DNA of 64,000 bases, from assembly GCA_963790605.1 (NCBI GenBank), contig CAWBPG010000006.1:175994-239993 (forward strand). The letters run 5' to 3'. Both the position numbers and the translations under genes were made by a program. This DNA comes from an uncultured Actinomycetota bacterium (lineage in GTDB: Bacteria > Actinomycetota > Thermoleophilia > Solirubrobacterales > Solirubrobacteraceae). A model generated the notes under the pieces. It worked only from the letters and a program-made list of their open reading frames with translations. It had not been told where the DNA came from and ran no database searches. Shown here piece after piece: positions 34,056 to 45,304 of the stretch; within the stretch, counting starts at the first letter, position 1, and each line of letters starts with the position of its first letter.

Positions 34056-34838
34056 TCATGCGTCGCGAGCTTTGAGGACGGCGAGGCCGACGAGGAGCAT
34101 TCCGGCTGCCCACGCGGCCAGGACCCCGAGCCCGGCCCACGGCGAGATCGGCAGGGAGCGGATGTTCCGGGTGGCCTGGATCGCGAGTCCGGCGGTCATC
34201 GGTGCGATCTGCTGAATGTGCCGGCGCCACGGGCCGGATACGAGCTGGGCGAGGAGTGGCGGCAGGTACAGCAGCCCGAGCGCGATCCCGGTCGATACGG
34301 CGGTGTCGCGGAAGACGGCGCCGATGCCGAGGCTCAGCAGGGCGATCAATCCGAGGTACAGGACGCTGCCGACGGCCGCGCGTAGCGTCGGCCCGTGGGC
34401 GATCGAGACGAGCGCGTAGCCATGGGCGGGGTTCAGGCCGGCGCCGGGCAGCAACAGACGCCCTGCGATCAGGCAGCCGGCGACGGCCGGCACTGCCGTG
34501 ACCAGCGCGAGACCGGCGATGTTGACGGCTTTCGCACCGAGCATCACCCCGCGACGGGGTATCGCGGCGAGGGTCACTCGGATCATGCCGGTGCCGTACT
34601 CGTCGGTGACCGCCAGGACCGCCAGAACCGCGACGACGGCCTGGCCGAGGTCGACGCCGATCAGGGCGAGCTTGGTCGGATCCTGCCCGGCGCCACCCGG
34701 GCCTCCGGGCGATACGTGCGTGGAGGCCGCAATCGCGGCGCTGGCCGCGACCGTGAGCGCGACGGCCCCCGCCATCAGCCACCAGGTGCCCGCGATCGTC
34801 CGCAGCTTGGTCCACTCCGCGCGGAGCGCGTCGGTCAC
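34056..34838 (-). CDS. ABC-2 exporter permease
   Basis: LRAEWTKLRT, EYGTGMIRVTLAAIPRR, SPWAGLGVL..RDA. Confidence 0.9.
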   Translation of the reverse strand: MTDALRAEWTKLRTIAGTWWLMAGAVALTVAASAAIAASTHVSPGGPGGAGQDPTKLALIGVDLGQAVVAVLAVLAVTDEYGTGMIRVTLAAIPRRGVMLGAKAVNIAGLALVTAVPAVAGCLIAGRLLLPGAGLNPAHGYALVSIAHGPTLRAAVGSVLYLGLIALLSLGIGAVFRDTAVSTGIALGLLYLPPLLAQLVSGPWRRHIQQIAPMTAGLAIQATRNIRSLPISPWAGLGVLAAWAAGMLLVGLAVLKARDA

Positions 34839-36411
34839 GCGTCTCTCCGCCGCAGCACGACCCGCGCGGCGAACAGTGCAGCCGCTGCGTACGCGACGAG
34901 AACCAGCAGTCCGGCCCATGGCGGCAGCGGGTAGTAGCCGTTGGCCATCGTGTACGGATAGCTCACGAGCCCTGATCGGGGCAGGAGTCCAAGCATCGAG
35001 AACCCTGCCGCCGGGGTGACGCGGTACAGCCACGTCGCGGCGCCGCCGGAGGAGGTCGGGCCGATGATGCCCGGGCCGGTGAAGGTCGGCAGGACGAACA
35101 CCACCACGCCGACGAGGATCGCGCCAGCGCTCCGGCGCAGGATCGTGCCGATGCCGAGCACCGCGACCGCGGTGAGCGCAACCAGCACGCCGCTACCGAC
35201 GATGACCCGCGCCACTGTCAGTGGATCTGCCGGGAAGATGTAGTTGCCGTTGGCGCTCATGACGTGCTCGGCGAGGGGGATCGCGACGGCAGACGCGACT
35301 GCTCCGACCACGAACCCGACGCCGCCGATCACGACGGCTTTGGCGGCAAGCACGCGTCCGCGGTCCGGTGTGGCGGCGAACGTCGTCCGGATCAGACCGC
35401 GCCGGTACTCGCTGGTGATGAACATCGTCCCGATCACGATCAGCACGATCAGCGCGACGACCAGTCCGAACAGCAGCGAATCTGACGCGGTGTCGCCACC
35501 GGCCGAGGCCACGGCGGGCGCGATGTCACCGGAGCCGGTGACGACAATCGAATCCCTCGCCTGCCGGTAGCCGCCGTTCCCCAGCGTCGTGTAGAAGTCC
35601 TTCGGACCGGTGCCGATGCTCGCGCCGTGCCACGGTCCCGGGGCCGCTTGAGCCTCGCTAGTGGCCAGCGGGCCGATGGCGATGTGGTCAAAGGATGCCG
35701 TGGCCTGGGTCGCCAATCCTGCGGACGTCGTCGGTGAGGTCGCGAACAGCCCGACGTACACGGTCGCTGGCAGGCCGGCCAACTGCGCGCTTCCGACTGC
35801 GTGCCAGCTGGTTCCGTCGCTGGAGTCGTAGCCGGTGATCGTGTCGCCGGTGCGAGTCAGCCGCAGCCAGCGAGGTGCGGTGCTGGAGATCGATCCCGGC
35901 AGGCCGGCCTGGTCATGGGTGTAGTCGTACTGAAACCGGATGCCGTGGCCGCCGGTCGCCATCACCGCCGCATACGAGGATCCCTGCCTGGTGCTGGGGG
36001 TGACCAGGAGCCCGGCCTTGGCCCAACTCGTCAGCCCTGGTCGCGTGTCCGCGCAGTGACGGCGCCTCGTTGGCCGGCCCGGCCCAGATCCGGCCGGCGA
36101 GGGAGGTGATCCGGGCGGTGATCGTGCCATCGCCGGTGAGCCGCTTGGCGACGAGCTCGTAGGTGTCGGCGACCGCTTCGCCGGACGGTCCGGTCGGAAC
36201 GTATGGATGGCCCGCGACGCAGCTGCTCGGGTTCGGGGTCGTGCAGAAGGGTGTGCTTGCCGTGAGCCTGCAGGAACGTGAACAGCACCACCATCAGCGC
36301 GGCGAACACCAAGCCGATCATCCAGCCGCGCACCGTCCGGAACTTGGTCCACTCCGCGCGCAGCGCGGCCCGGAGCTCGCCGCTGCGGCTCGGCTGCACG
36401 TGCGCGCTCAT
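34835..36411 (-). CDS. ABC-2 permease with inserted ConA-like extracellular domain (frameshifted)
   Basis: LRAEWTKFRT; WAKAGL, WLRLTRTGDTITGYDSSDG.W, YVGLFATS; EYRRGLIRTT; RRRDA. Confidence 0.85.
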
Positions 36412-37157
36412 CGGCGCTGTTCCCCGTCCGCGCCGGACCGGTACTCGACCGCGCCGGTCGTCAGCCGCAGGTAGGCATCCTCAAGCGACGACGCGCCGGC
36501 GGTCAACTCCTGGATGGTCCCGTCGGCGAGCACCCGTCCGCGACCGATCACCACCACGTGATCTGCGACATCCGGCAGCTCGCTCAGCAGATGGCTTGAG
36601 ACGAGCACCGCTCGGCCCTCGGCCGCGAGCCCGCGCAGGAAGCCGCGCATCCAGATGATGCCCTCCGGGTCCATGCCGTTGAACGGCTCGTCCATGATCA
36701 GGATCGGCGGGTCGCCGAGCATCGCCGCGGCGATCCCGAGGCGCTGGCGCATCCCCAACGAGTAGCCGCCCGCCTTGCGTCGTGCGGCCTTCCCGAGGCC
36801 GACCAGTTCGGTCACCTCGTCGACCCTGCTGACGGGCAGCCGCTGGGAGTGGGCGATCCAGAGCAGGTGGTTGCGGCCGCTGCGGCTCGGTTGCAGCGCG
36901 CCCGCGTCCAGCAGCGAGCCGACCTGCCGCATCGGATGCGTGAGGCTCGCGTACGGGCGGCCGCCGATCAGCGCGGTGCCCTCCTCGACCGAGTCGAGCC
37001 CGAGGATCACCCGCATCGTCGTCGATTTGCCGGCGCCGTTGGGTCCGACGAATCCGGTCACGGTTCCCGGCGCGACCGTGAACGAGAGTCCGTCCAGGGC
37101 CAGGGTCTGACCGAACCGCTTGCGCAGCCCGCTGACCTCGATGGTCGCTTCGCTCAT
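36408..37157 (-). CDS. ABC exporter ATP-binding protein
   Basis: GPNGAGKST, YSLGMRQRL, MDEP, SSH. Confidence 0.95.
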   Translation of the reverse strand: MSEATIEVSGLRKRFGQTLALDGLSFTVAPGTVTGFVGPNGAGKSTTMRVILGLDSVEEGTALIGGRPYASLTHPMRQVGSLLDAGALQPSRSGRNHLLWIAHSQRLPVSRVDEVTELVGLGKAARRKAGGYSLGMRQRLGIAAAMLGDPPILIMDEPFNGMDPEGIIWMRGFLRGLAAEGRAVLVSSHLLSELPDVADHVVVIGRGRVLADGTIQELTAGASSLEDAYLRLTTGAVEYRSGADGEQRR

Positions 37158-37249
37158 GGAGGAGAGTTCTACGTTTCGGGTGGTGTCCGCCCGGTGTCGG
37201 CCGTTGACACCTGGCGGACACCTGGCCCGTGGCATCGTCCCAAGGCGAT

Positions 37250-37912
37250 ATGCGAGTGCTGGTGGTCGAAGACTTCGAGGTGATGGCACGGTCGATCGGG
37301 ACCGGGCTCAGGCGCGAGGGGATGGCGGTCGACGTCGTGCTCGATGGCAACGACGCCCTGTCGCACCTGGCGGTCACGCGCTACGACGTGGTCGTCCTCG
37401 ATCGCGACCTACCCGGGGTTCACGGCGACGAGATCTGCCGGCGAATCGTCGCTGAGGACTCCGGGAGCAGGATCCTGATGCTGACCGCCGCCAGCACCGT
37501 CAAGGAGCGCGTCGACGGCTTGGGACTGGGCGCCGATGACTACCTGCCCAAGCCGTTTGACTTCGCTGAGCTGGTCGCCCGCGTCCGCGCGCTCGCCCGC
37601 CGCACCACCACCCCGCTGCCGCCGACCCTCGAGTGCGGCGACGTGACGCTCGACTGCGGCCGGCGGGTCGCGTTCCGGGCCGGGCGGCGCCTCGAGCTCA
37701 GCCCCAAGGAGCTTGCGGTGCTCGAGTGCCTGCTCTCATCGCAGGATCGCGCCCTCTCCGCCGAGGAGCTGCTGGAGCGGGCCTGGGACGAGTACACCGA
37801 CCCGTTCACGACGGCGGTCAAGACGACGATCCGCCGGCTGCGCGCCAAGCTCGGCGACCCGCCGATGATCCACACCGTCCGTGAGGCCGGCTACCGGATC
37901 GGAGCCGAATGA
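37250..37912 (+). CDS. OmpR-family response regulator
   Basis: VVED, VLDRDLPG, GADDYLPKPF, IHTVR..GYRI. Confidence 0.95.
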   Translation: MRVLVVEDFEVMARSIGTGLRREGMAVDVVLDGNDALSHLAVTRYDVVVLDRDLPGVHGDEICRRIVAEDSGSRILMLTAASTVKERVDGLGLGADDYLPKPFDFAELVARVRALARRTTTPLPPTLECGDVTLDCGRRVAFRAGRRLELSPKELAVLECLLSSQDRALSAEELLERAWDEYTDPFTTAVKTTIRRLRAKLGDPPMIHTVREAGYRIGAE

Positions 37913-39093
37913 TGCGGCTGCCCGAATCCCTGACCGGTCTGCTCCACCGCCAGCGTCCCGTGCTGCGGGTGCAGCTCGCGCTGCTGTACTCGGGCGTGTT
38001 CGTCGGACTGGTCGTCGTGCTGTTCCTCGCCTCCAGCGTCCTGTTCGGGACGGCCAACGTCTTCTTCGGCCACAGCCAGACGGCCTTCCACCCAGGCGCT
38101 GCTGCCGCTGCTCGGCAGAGTGCCGCGGGCCCTCAGTTCACCCCGTGGCCGTTCCTGCTCGCGCTGGCGGCGATCGCCATCGCAGTGCTGGCCGCCTGGT
38201 GGCTGGCGGGGAGGTTCCTGCGGCCGCTGCGGGCGATGACGACGGCGGCCCAGGAGATCTCGGCCACCAATCTGGACCGCCGACTCAGCCTTGACGGCCC
38301 CGATGACGAGCTCACCGAGCTCGGTCGCACGCTCGACGACCTGTTCGGACGGCTGCAGGCGTCGTTCGAGTCCCAGCGTCAGTTCGTCGCCAACGCCTCC
38401 CATGAGCTGCGCACGCCGCTCGCCGGCCAGCGAACGCTGCTGCAAGTGGCGCTCGCCGACCCGGACGCCGACGCCCCGGCCCTGCGCTCGACGTGTGAGG
38501 AGGCACTGCAGCTATCCGGCCAACAGGAGCGGCTGATCGACGCGCTGCTGACGCTCGCCACCAGCGAACGCGGCGTCGAGTCCTGGGAGCCATTCGACCT
38601 CGCTCAGCTCACGCGGGACATCGTCCTCAGCCGCCGGCCTGATGCAGAGCGCCACGGCGTCCAGATCGACGCGACCCTCGACGAGGCTCACGCGGTCGGC
38701 GACACAGGCCTTGTCGCGAGCCTGGTCGCGAACCTGCTCGACAACGCGATCCGCCACAACGTCGCCGACGGCGCCGTGGAGATTTCGACCAACGCCACAG
38801 CCGACGGCGCTCGCCTGACGGTCAGCAACACAGGAGCCGTCGTCCCGTTCGTCGAAGTGGAGCGTCTGTTCCAACCCTTCCAGCGGCTCGGCGCCCAACG
38901 CGTCGGCCCGGCCGACGGCCACGGGCTCGGCCTCACGATCGTGAAGGCCATCGCCACCGCCCACGGCGCCAACCTGACCGCTCGCCCAGGGCCGCAAGGC
39001 GGTCTCGACATCCAGGTCACCTTCCGCCCCAACGCGTCGGCGCCTTCCTACGCGCCTCCGCGAGGGGGTGGCAAGCAGCCCAGGCCACGCTGA
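37909..39093 (+). CDS. HAMP sensor histidine kinase
   Basis: FVANASHELRTPL, NLLDNAIRH, GHGLGL. Confidence 0.95.
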   Translation: MMRLPESLTGLLHRQRPVLRVQLALLYSGVFVGLVVVLFLASSVLFGTANVFFGHSQTAFHPGAAAAARQSAAGPQFTPWPFLLALAAIAIAVLAAWWLAGRFLRPLRAMTTAAQEISATNLDRRLSLDGPDDELTELGRTLDDLFGRLQASFESQRQFVANASHELRTPLAGQRTLLQVALADPDADAPALRSTCEEALQLSGQQERLIDALLTLATSERGVESWEPFDLAQLTRDIVLSRRPDAERHGVQIDATLDEAHAVGDTGLVASLVANLLDNAIRHNVADGAVEISTNATADGARLTVSNTGAVVPFVEVERLFQPFQRLGAQRVGPADGHGLGLTIVKAIATAHGANLTARPGPQGGLDIQVTFRPNASAPSYAPPRGGGKQPRPR

Positions 39094-39122
39094 TTTCAGG
39101 TGTCTCATCGCATCAGCGGCAG

Positions 39123-39365
39123 TTGGCATGGCCGCAGCTCGTCGACAAGTTGTTGGGCAGCTGCGATCTGCGCACCGCGATCGGCTTACGCGACCACGCG
39201 ATCGTGACGGTGCTGGCGCGACTGGGGTTGCGCGCCGGCGAGGTCGCCGGCCTGTGCGTGGAGGACATCGACTGGCGCGTCGGCGAAATGGTCGTCCGAG
39301 GCAAGGGAAGCGACGGGCGGCTGCCGCTGCCCGTCGACGTTGGGCAGGCGCTGGCCGACACCTGA
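39123..39365 (+). mobile_element. tyrosine recombinase remnant (RIT-like)
   Basis: RDHAI..LARLGLRAGEVAGL..EDIDW..VRGKG..LPLP.DVG; catalytic HxxR/Y region absent. Confidence 0.75.
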
Positions 39366-39437
39366 GCCAACGGCGACCGGTGGACGACTGGCGCAACCCG
39401 GCGGGCGCGCCGATCATGTTGAACGCTAGCTACAGAA

Positions 39438-39461
39438 CCGTAACTTACGGGTAAGCTACGG
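39438..39461. promoter_or_regulatory. inverted-repeat operator upstream of thiolase operon
   Basis: ccgtaacttac-gg-gtaagctacgg (1 mismatch). Confidence 0.65.
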
Positions 39462-39494
39462 GAGCGTAACTACACGATCGAGGAGCAGCCAGAG

Positions 39495-40795
39495 ATGAAC
39501 GCAACCGCCCGCCGCGTGGCGGTGCTCGGCGGGACCCGGATCCCCTTCGCCCGCCAGAACGGCCCCTACGCCCGAGCCTCCAACCAGGACATGCTCACCG
39601 CGACGCTCGACGCCCTGGTGGCGCCGCTTCGGCCTCGAGGGCGAGGTCCTCGGCGAGGTCGCCGCCGGCGCCGTGCTCAAGCACAGCCGCGACTTCAACC
39701 TCACGCGCGAGTCCGTGCTGGGGTCCAAGCTTGCCGCCGAGACGCCCGCCTACGACGTCCAGCAGGCGTGCGGCACGGGCCTGGAGGCGACGGTGCTCGT
39801 CGCCAACAAGATCGCGCTCGGGCAGATCGACTGCGGCATCGCCGGCGGCGTGGACACCACCTCCGACGCCCCGATCGCCATCAACGAGGACCTGCGCGAG
39901 GTGCTGCTCGAGCTCAACCGCACCAAGTCCAACGCCGGGCGTCTCAGGACGCTCACCAGGCTGCGCCCCCAGCAGCTCGTCCCCGCGATCCCGCGCAACT
40001 CCGAGCCCCGCACCGGCCTGTCCATGGGTGAGCACACGGCGCTCATGGCCACGGAATGGGGGATCGGGCGCGAGGAGCAGGACGAGCTGGCCGTCGCCAG
40101 CCACCGCCATCTCGCCGCGGCCTACGACACCGGTTGGATGGACGATCTCGTCACCCCGTTCCTGGGCCTCCGAGCGCGACCAGAACCTGCGCGCTGACTC
40201 CAGCGTGGAGAAGCTGGCCAAGCTCAAGCCTGTGTTCGGCGGTCCCGAGGGGACGATGACCGCCGGCAACTCGACCCCGCTCTCCGACGGCGCCTCGACG
40301 GTGCTCCTCGCCTCCGAGGAGTGGGCCAAGGCCCATGACATCCCGGTCCAGGCCTACTTCACCGACGCCCAGACCGCCGGCGTGGACTACGTCCACAAGC
40401 GCGAGGGCCTGCTCATGGCGCCCGCCTACGCCATGCCCAGGATGCTCGCGCGCAACGGCGCCGCGCTCCAGGACTTCGACTTCTATGAGATCCACGAGGC
40501 GTTCGCGGCTCAGGTGTTGTGCACGCTCAAGGCGTGGGAGGACCCGGTGTTCTGCTCCGAGCGCCTTGGCCTCGACGAGCCCCTGGGCGCCATCGACCGC
40601 GACAAGCTCAACGTCCACGGCGGCTCGCTGGGCGCCGGTCACCCGTTCGGAGCCACCGGCGGGCGCATCGTCGCCGCCCTGGCCAAGGCTCTCAGCGAGA
40701 CCGACCCCGCCCGCCCCGCTCGCGGCGTGATCTCCATCTGCGCCGCCGGCGGACTCGGTGTCACCGCGATCATGGAGGCTGCCGTCAATGACTGA
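39495..40795 (+). CDS. fadA2: acetyl-CoA acyltransferase (thiolase, FadA2-like; frameshifted)
   Basis: [40 protein letters not shown]. Confidence 0.88.
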
Positions 40796-42219
40796 CCGCT
40801 ACGCCCAGCTCGTCAACACGCCGATCGGCAAGCTCGTCACCAAGCAGATCGGGCTGCCCCAGCCGCCGCGGCTGGAACGCTACGAGCCCGACGCAGCCCG
40901 TCATCACCGGCGCCGTGCTCCTCGGGCGGCGGCCGGGCGCGGGCGGGGCCGGTGCCTCGCGGCTGGCCGCGCCAGTGGCCAAGGTGCTCAAGGCGATCGG
41001 CGCGGACGTCTTCACCTCGATGGACGAGGACCTGCGCACGGCCGCCGCCGAGGCCAAGCTCGACGCCGGCATCTTCAACCCCGAGGCCGCGCCTGAGGGC
41101 CAGCGCTTCAAGGCGCTCGTCTTCGACGCCACCGGCATCGCAGTCAAGCGACGAGCTCGAACGCGCCTGGGCCTTCTTCCAGCCCGCCATCCGCCGGGTG
41201 CTCCCGTCGGGCCGGGTGATCATCCTCGGCACGCCGCCCGAGGACTGCGCCACGCCGCCGCTGGCGATCGCGCAGCGGGCGCTGGAGGGGCTGGAGCGCG
41301 CCATCGGCAAGGAGGTCAAGAAGGGCGCGACGTCGCAGCTGGTCTACGTCAAGCCCAAGGCCGAGGGCCAGCTGGAGTCGACGCTGCGCTTCCTGCTCTC
41401 GCCCCGGTCGGCGTTCGTCTCCGGCCAGGTCGTCCGGGTCGGCGCGGCCGCCGCCGCGGCCGGGAAGTTCGACTGGGACGCGCCGCTGGCCGGCAAGGTG
41501 GCGCTCGTCACGGGCGCGGCGCGCGGGATCGGCGCCGCCATCGCCGAGGTCCTGGCTCGCGACGGCGCGCACGTCGTCGGGCTCGACGTGGCGCCGATGG
41601 CCGACGAGCTCGTCGTCGGTCACTGGGCCGGCTGGGCGGCTCCTTCCTCGCCGCCGACATCACCGACGACGACGCCCCCTCGGTGATCGCCGACCACCTG
41701 CTCGGCCACCACGAGGGGGTCGACGTGGTCGTGCACAACGCCGGCATCACCCGCGACAAGACGCTCGGGCGCATGACCGAGGAGCAGTGGAGCAAGGTGA
41801 TCGCCATCAACCTCACCGCGCCCCAGCGCATCACCGAGGAGCTGCTCGCGCGCGACGCCGTCCGGCGCAACGGGCGGATCGTCGGCGTCTCGTCGATCAG
41901 CGGCATCGCCGGCAACGCCGGCCAGACCAACTACTCCACCTCCAAGGCGGGCGTGATCGGGTTCGTCCAGGCCTACGCGCCGGCGCTGGCCAAGCGCGGC
42001 GTGACGATCAACGCGGTCGCCCCCGGGTTCATCGAGACCCAGATGACCGCGGCGATGCCGATCGCCATCCGCGAGGCGGGACGGCGGATGAACAGCGTCT
42101 CCCAGGGCGGGCTGCCGGTCGACGTCGCCGAGACCGTGGCGTGGTTCGCCGGCCCGGGGTCGGCGGGGGTCACCGGCAACATCGTGCGGGTCTGCGGCCA
42201 GAGCCTGATCGGAGCGTGA
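40788..42219 (+). CDS. fabG4: 3-oxoacyl reductase with N-terminal extension (FabG4-like; frameshifted)
   Basis: [33 protein letters not shown]. Confidence 0.85.
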
Positions 42220-42227
42220 GTCCCGCC

Positions 42228-43130
42228 ATGGCCGACAAGGAGCTGCGGGGCTCGCCGTCGATGCTGCCCCTGTTCGCCCGGGCCGGCCTGGCCGTCATCC
42301 CCGGCGCGGGCAAGCTGCCGTGGGTGGGGGGAGGCGGCGGCGAGGTCCCCGACCAGGCGCTGACGCGCGCCGACGTCGCGGTCGACCCCGACCGCCTGGC
42401 CGCCTATGACCGCGTCTGCGGCTTTGACCTCTCAGACACGCTGCCGCCGACCTACCCGCACATGCTGGCGTTCCCGATGCACCTGGCCCTCATCACCGAC
42501 GGCCGCTTCCCGCTGGCCGCGATGGGGCTGGTGCACATCGCCAACGCGATCACCGTGCACCGCCCGCTGCGCGCCGCCGAGCGGCTGTCGCTGCGCGTGT
42601 GGGCGACCCCGCTCGAGCCCCACCCGCGCGGGCGCCAGTTCACCGTCCGCACCGAGGCCCGGGTCGGCGACGAGCTCGTGTGGGAGGAGTCCTCGACCAA
42701 CCTCAGCCGCGGCAAGGGCGCCGCCGCAGCCGGCTCGGCGGCCGCAGCCGCCCGCGCGATCCGGAGATTCCCTCCAGCGACGGGCCTGCCGGCGACCGCC
42801 ACGTGGCGCTGCGCCGGCGACCTGGGCCGGCGCTACGGCTCGGTCTCGGGAGACCTCAACCCGATCCACGTCCACCCGCTCAGCGCGCGGCTGTTCGGCT
42901 TTCCGCGGCGCCATCGCCCACGGCATGTGGACCAAGGCGCGATGCCTGGCCGCGCTCGGGTCGCAGCTGCCGGTGGCCTACACCGTCGACGGTGGCCTTC
43001 CGCAAGCCCATCCTGCTGCCGGCCACCGTCGCCTTCGCCGAGGCCGCGCGCGCCGGCGCCGACGGGACGGTCGCCTTCGGGGTGCGCGACGCCGAGCGCG
43101 GCACGCCTCACCTGGACGGGCTGGTCAGCC
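42228..43130 (+). CDS. MaoC-family double hot-dog dehydratase (HtdX-like; frameshifted)
   Basis: SGDLNPIH..IAHGMW; position after fabG4-like gene. Confidence 0.8.
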
Positions 43131-43651
43131 GCGCCGTCGGCGGCGCGCAGGCGCTCCGCGCCGGGGCGGATCTCGTCGAACATCGCGCCGAGGCGGCCGA
43201 AGCACGGCCGCCGCGGTGCGCAGCTCGTCGTCTGAGAACTCGGCCAGCGCCGCGGCGAAGCGCGGGGCGAACTCGGCGTGGCGCGCGTCCACCAGCGCCC
43301 GGCCGTGCGTCGGTGAGCGAGGTGAGCACCACGCGGCGGTCGCGCTCGGAGCGCGTGCGCGACACGAGGCCCGCTGCGACCAGCCCGTCGAGCATGCCCG
43401 TCGCGGTCGCCGGCGAGAGGTTGGCCAGGCAGGCCAGCTCGCTCGTCGGCAGCGCCTCGTGGTCGACCAGGCTGAAGAGCAGGCCGTACTGGGCGTCCGA
43501 CAGCTCGCCGTGGGCGCGGTTCTCGCGGCCACGCAGCCGGCGCACCGCGCTCAGGCAGCTCTTGAGCGCCGTGCCGAGCTCCTGGGCGGCCGGACGCATG
43601 TCGGCGGTCGAGCGCGGCCGCCGGCGGGGTCTTGGCCGAGGTCGGGCTCAT
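43125..43651 (-). CDS. MarR-family regulator (frameshifted)
   Basis: LSDAQY.LL..ELA..LSPAT..L...GLV.R.RSERDRR.V..LT. Confidence 0.85.
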
Positions 43652-45113
43652 GCGGCCATCGCCTCGGCCAGCGCGTCCTCGGGCACCTGCGCCGCGGCGT
43701 GAGCGCGCCGGGCGGCGCGCTCAGACCGGACGAGGATGACGCACGGGATGATGGCCAGCGCGGTCAGGCCGGCCGCCCCCAGAAGGCGGTGCCGTAGGCC
43801 GCAGGCGGCGGCCGACAGCGTGTGGGCGTCGGCCAGGTGGCGCTGCAGGACCACGGCCAGCACCGCGATGCCGATCGAGCCGCCGACGCGCTGGAGCACG
43901 TTGAGCTGCGGCGTCGCGTCGGACAGCTCGTGGCGCTCGAGCGAGGCGAACGCCGCCGACATCGCCGGCATGAACGCGAAGCCGATGCCGAAGCCGCGGA
44001 CCACCATCGCGACGCACAGGAACAGGATCGAGGTGTGGGCGCCGATGAGGGCGAACGGGATCGTCGCCACCGCGCGTGAGCACGACGCCGAACAGGGCGA
44101 GCGGGCCACCGCCGAAGCGGTCGGTGAGCTTGCCGGCGATCGGCATCACGATCGCCGCGCCGAGCCCCTGGGGCGCGGTGAGCAGACCGGTGATGACCAC
44201 GTCCTCGTGGCGGATCGTCTGCCAGTACAGCGGCAGCAGGATCATGCCGCCGAACAGCGCGGCGCCGATGCAGAACATCGCGATCGAGGCCGAGGAGAAC
44301 GTCGGGCGCGCGTAGAGGCGCAGGTTGAGCAGCGGCCGCTTGACGCGCAGCGCGTAGACCGCGAACGCGGCGACGAGCGCCAGGCCGCCCAGCAGCGGGC
44401 CGACGACCTTGACGCGCGGTGAAGCTGCCGGTGGTGCCGATCTCGGCCAGGCCGTAGGTGATCAGCGGCAGGCCGATGGCCATCATGCGCCAGGCCCTTG
44501 TAGTCCAGGGCCTCGGTCGGCTGGCGGTCGACCTTGGGCAGGATCCGCAGCGCGGCGATCGACGGCGATGATGCCGATCGGCACGTTGACGTAGAAGATC
44601 CAGCGCCAGGAGATGTTGTCGAGGATCAGGCCGCCGATGGTGGGGCCGAGGATCGGGGCGAGCATCGCGGGGACGGCGACGACGCTCATGACGCGGCCCA
44701 TGCGCTTGGGGCCGGCGGCCTCGGCCATCATCAGCTGGCCGACGGGCAGGATCATGCCGCCGCCGACGCCCTGGAGCACGCGGAACACGATCAGCTCGGT
44801 CGTCGAGGTGGCCAGGCCGCACAGCGCCGAGCCGAGCGTGAAGAGGATGAGCGAGGTGATGTAGACCGGCTTGGCGCCGAAGCGGCGGGCGGCCCAGCCG
44901 GTGACCGGGATGACCGCGGCGAGCGCGAGCAGGTAGCCGGTCGCCACCCACTGGATGTTGTCGATCGTGGCGTGCAGGTCGCGGGAAAGGGTGTCGAGCG
45001 CGACGTTGACGATCGTGGTGTCGAGGATCGACATGATCGAGCCGAGGACCACGACGGCGCTGATGCGCCACACATAAGCGTCGATGCGGTTGGAATCATG
45101 TTGAGGGAGCCAT
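43648..45113 (-). CDS. DHA2 (EmrB/QacA) MFS efflux pump (frameshifted)
   Basis: ILDTTIVNVAL, RRFGAK, RVLQGVGGG, WRWIFYVNVPIG. Confidence 0.9.
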
Positions 45114-45137
45114 ATGAGGGGTTGTCGTCACAAATAC

Positions 45138-45162
45138 TCGGTTCCTAAAGTTTCGGAACCGA
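45138..45162. promoter_or_regulatory. palindromic operator, probably MarR site
   Basis: tcggttcc-t-aaa-g-ttt-c-ggaaccga just upstream of MFS-marR operon. Confidence 0.65.
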
Positions 45163-45304
45163 AGTTTAGCCACCGAAGCATTCTCTTGTCAAGCGACGGC
45201 CCGGACGCGGCCTGCCCGTCGCAGACGCGCTCATCGAGCACCGCCCCGATAACCCCGCTGAGACCACGGGCTGCGCCGACGGTGAAGCTATCGTCCGGGT
45301 GCCG

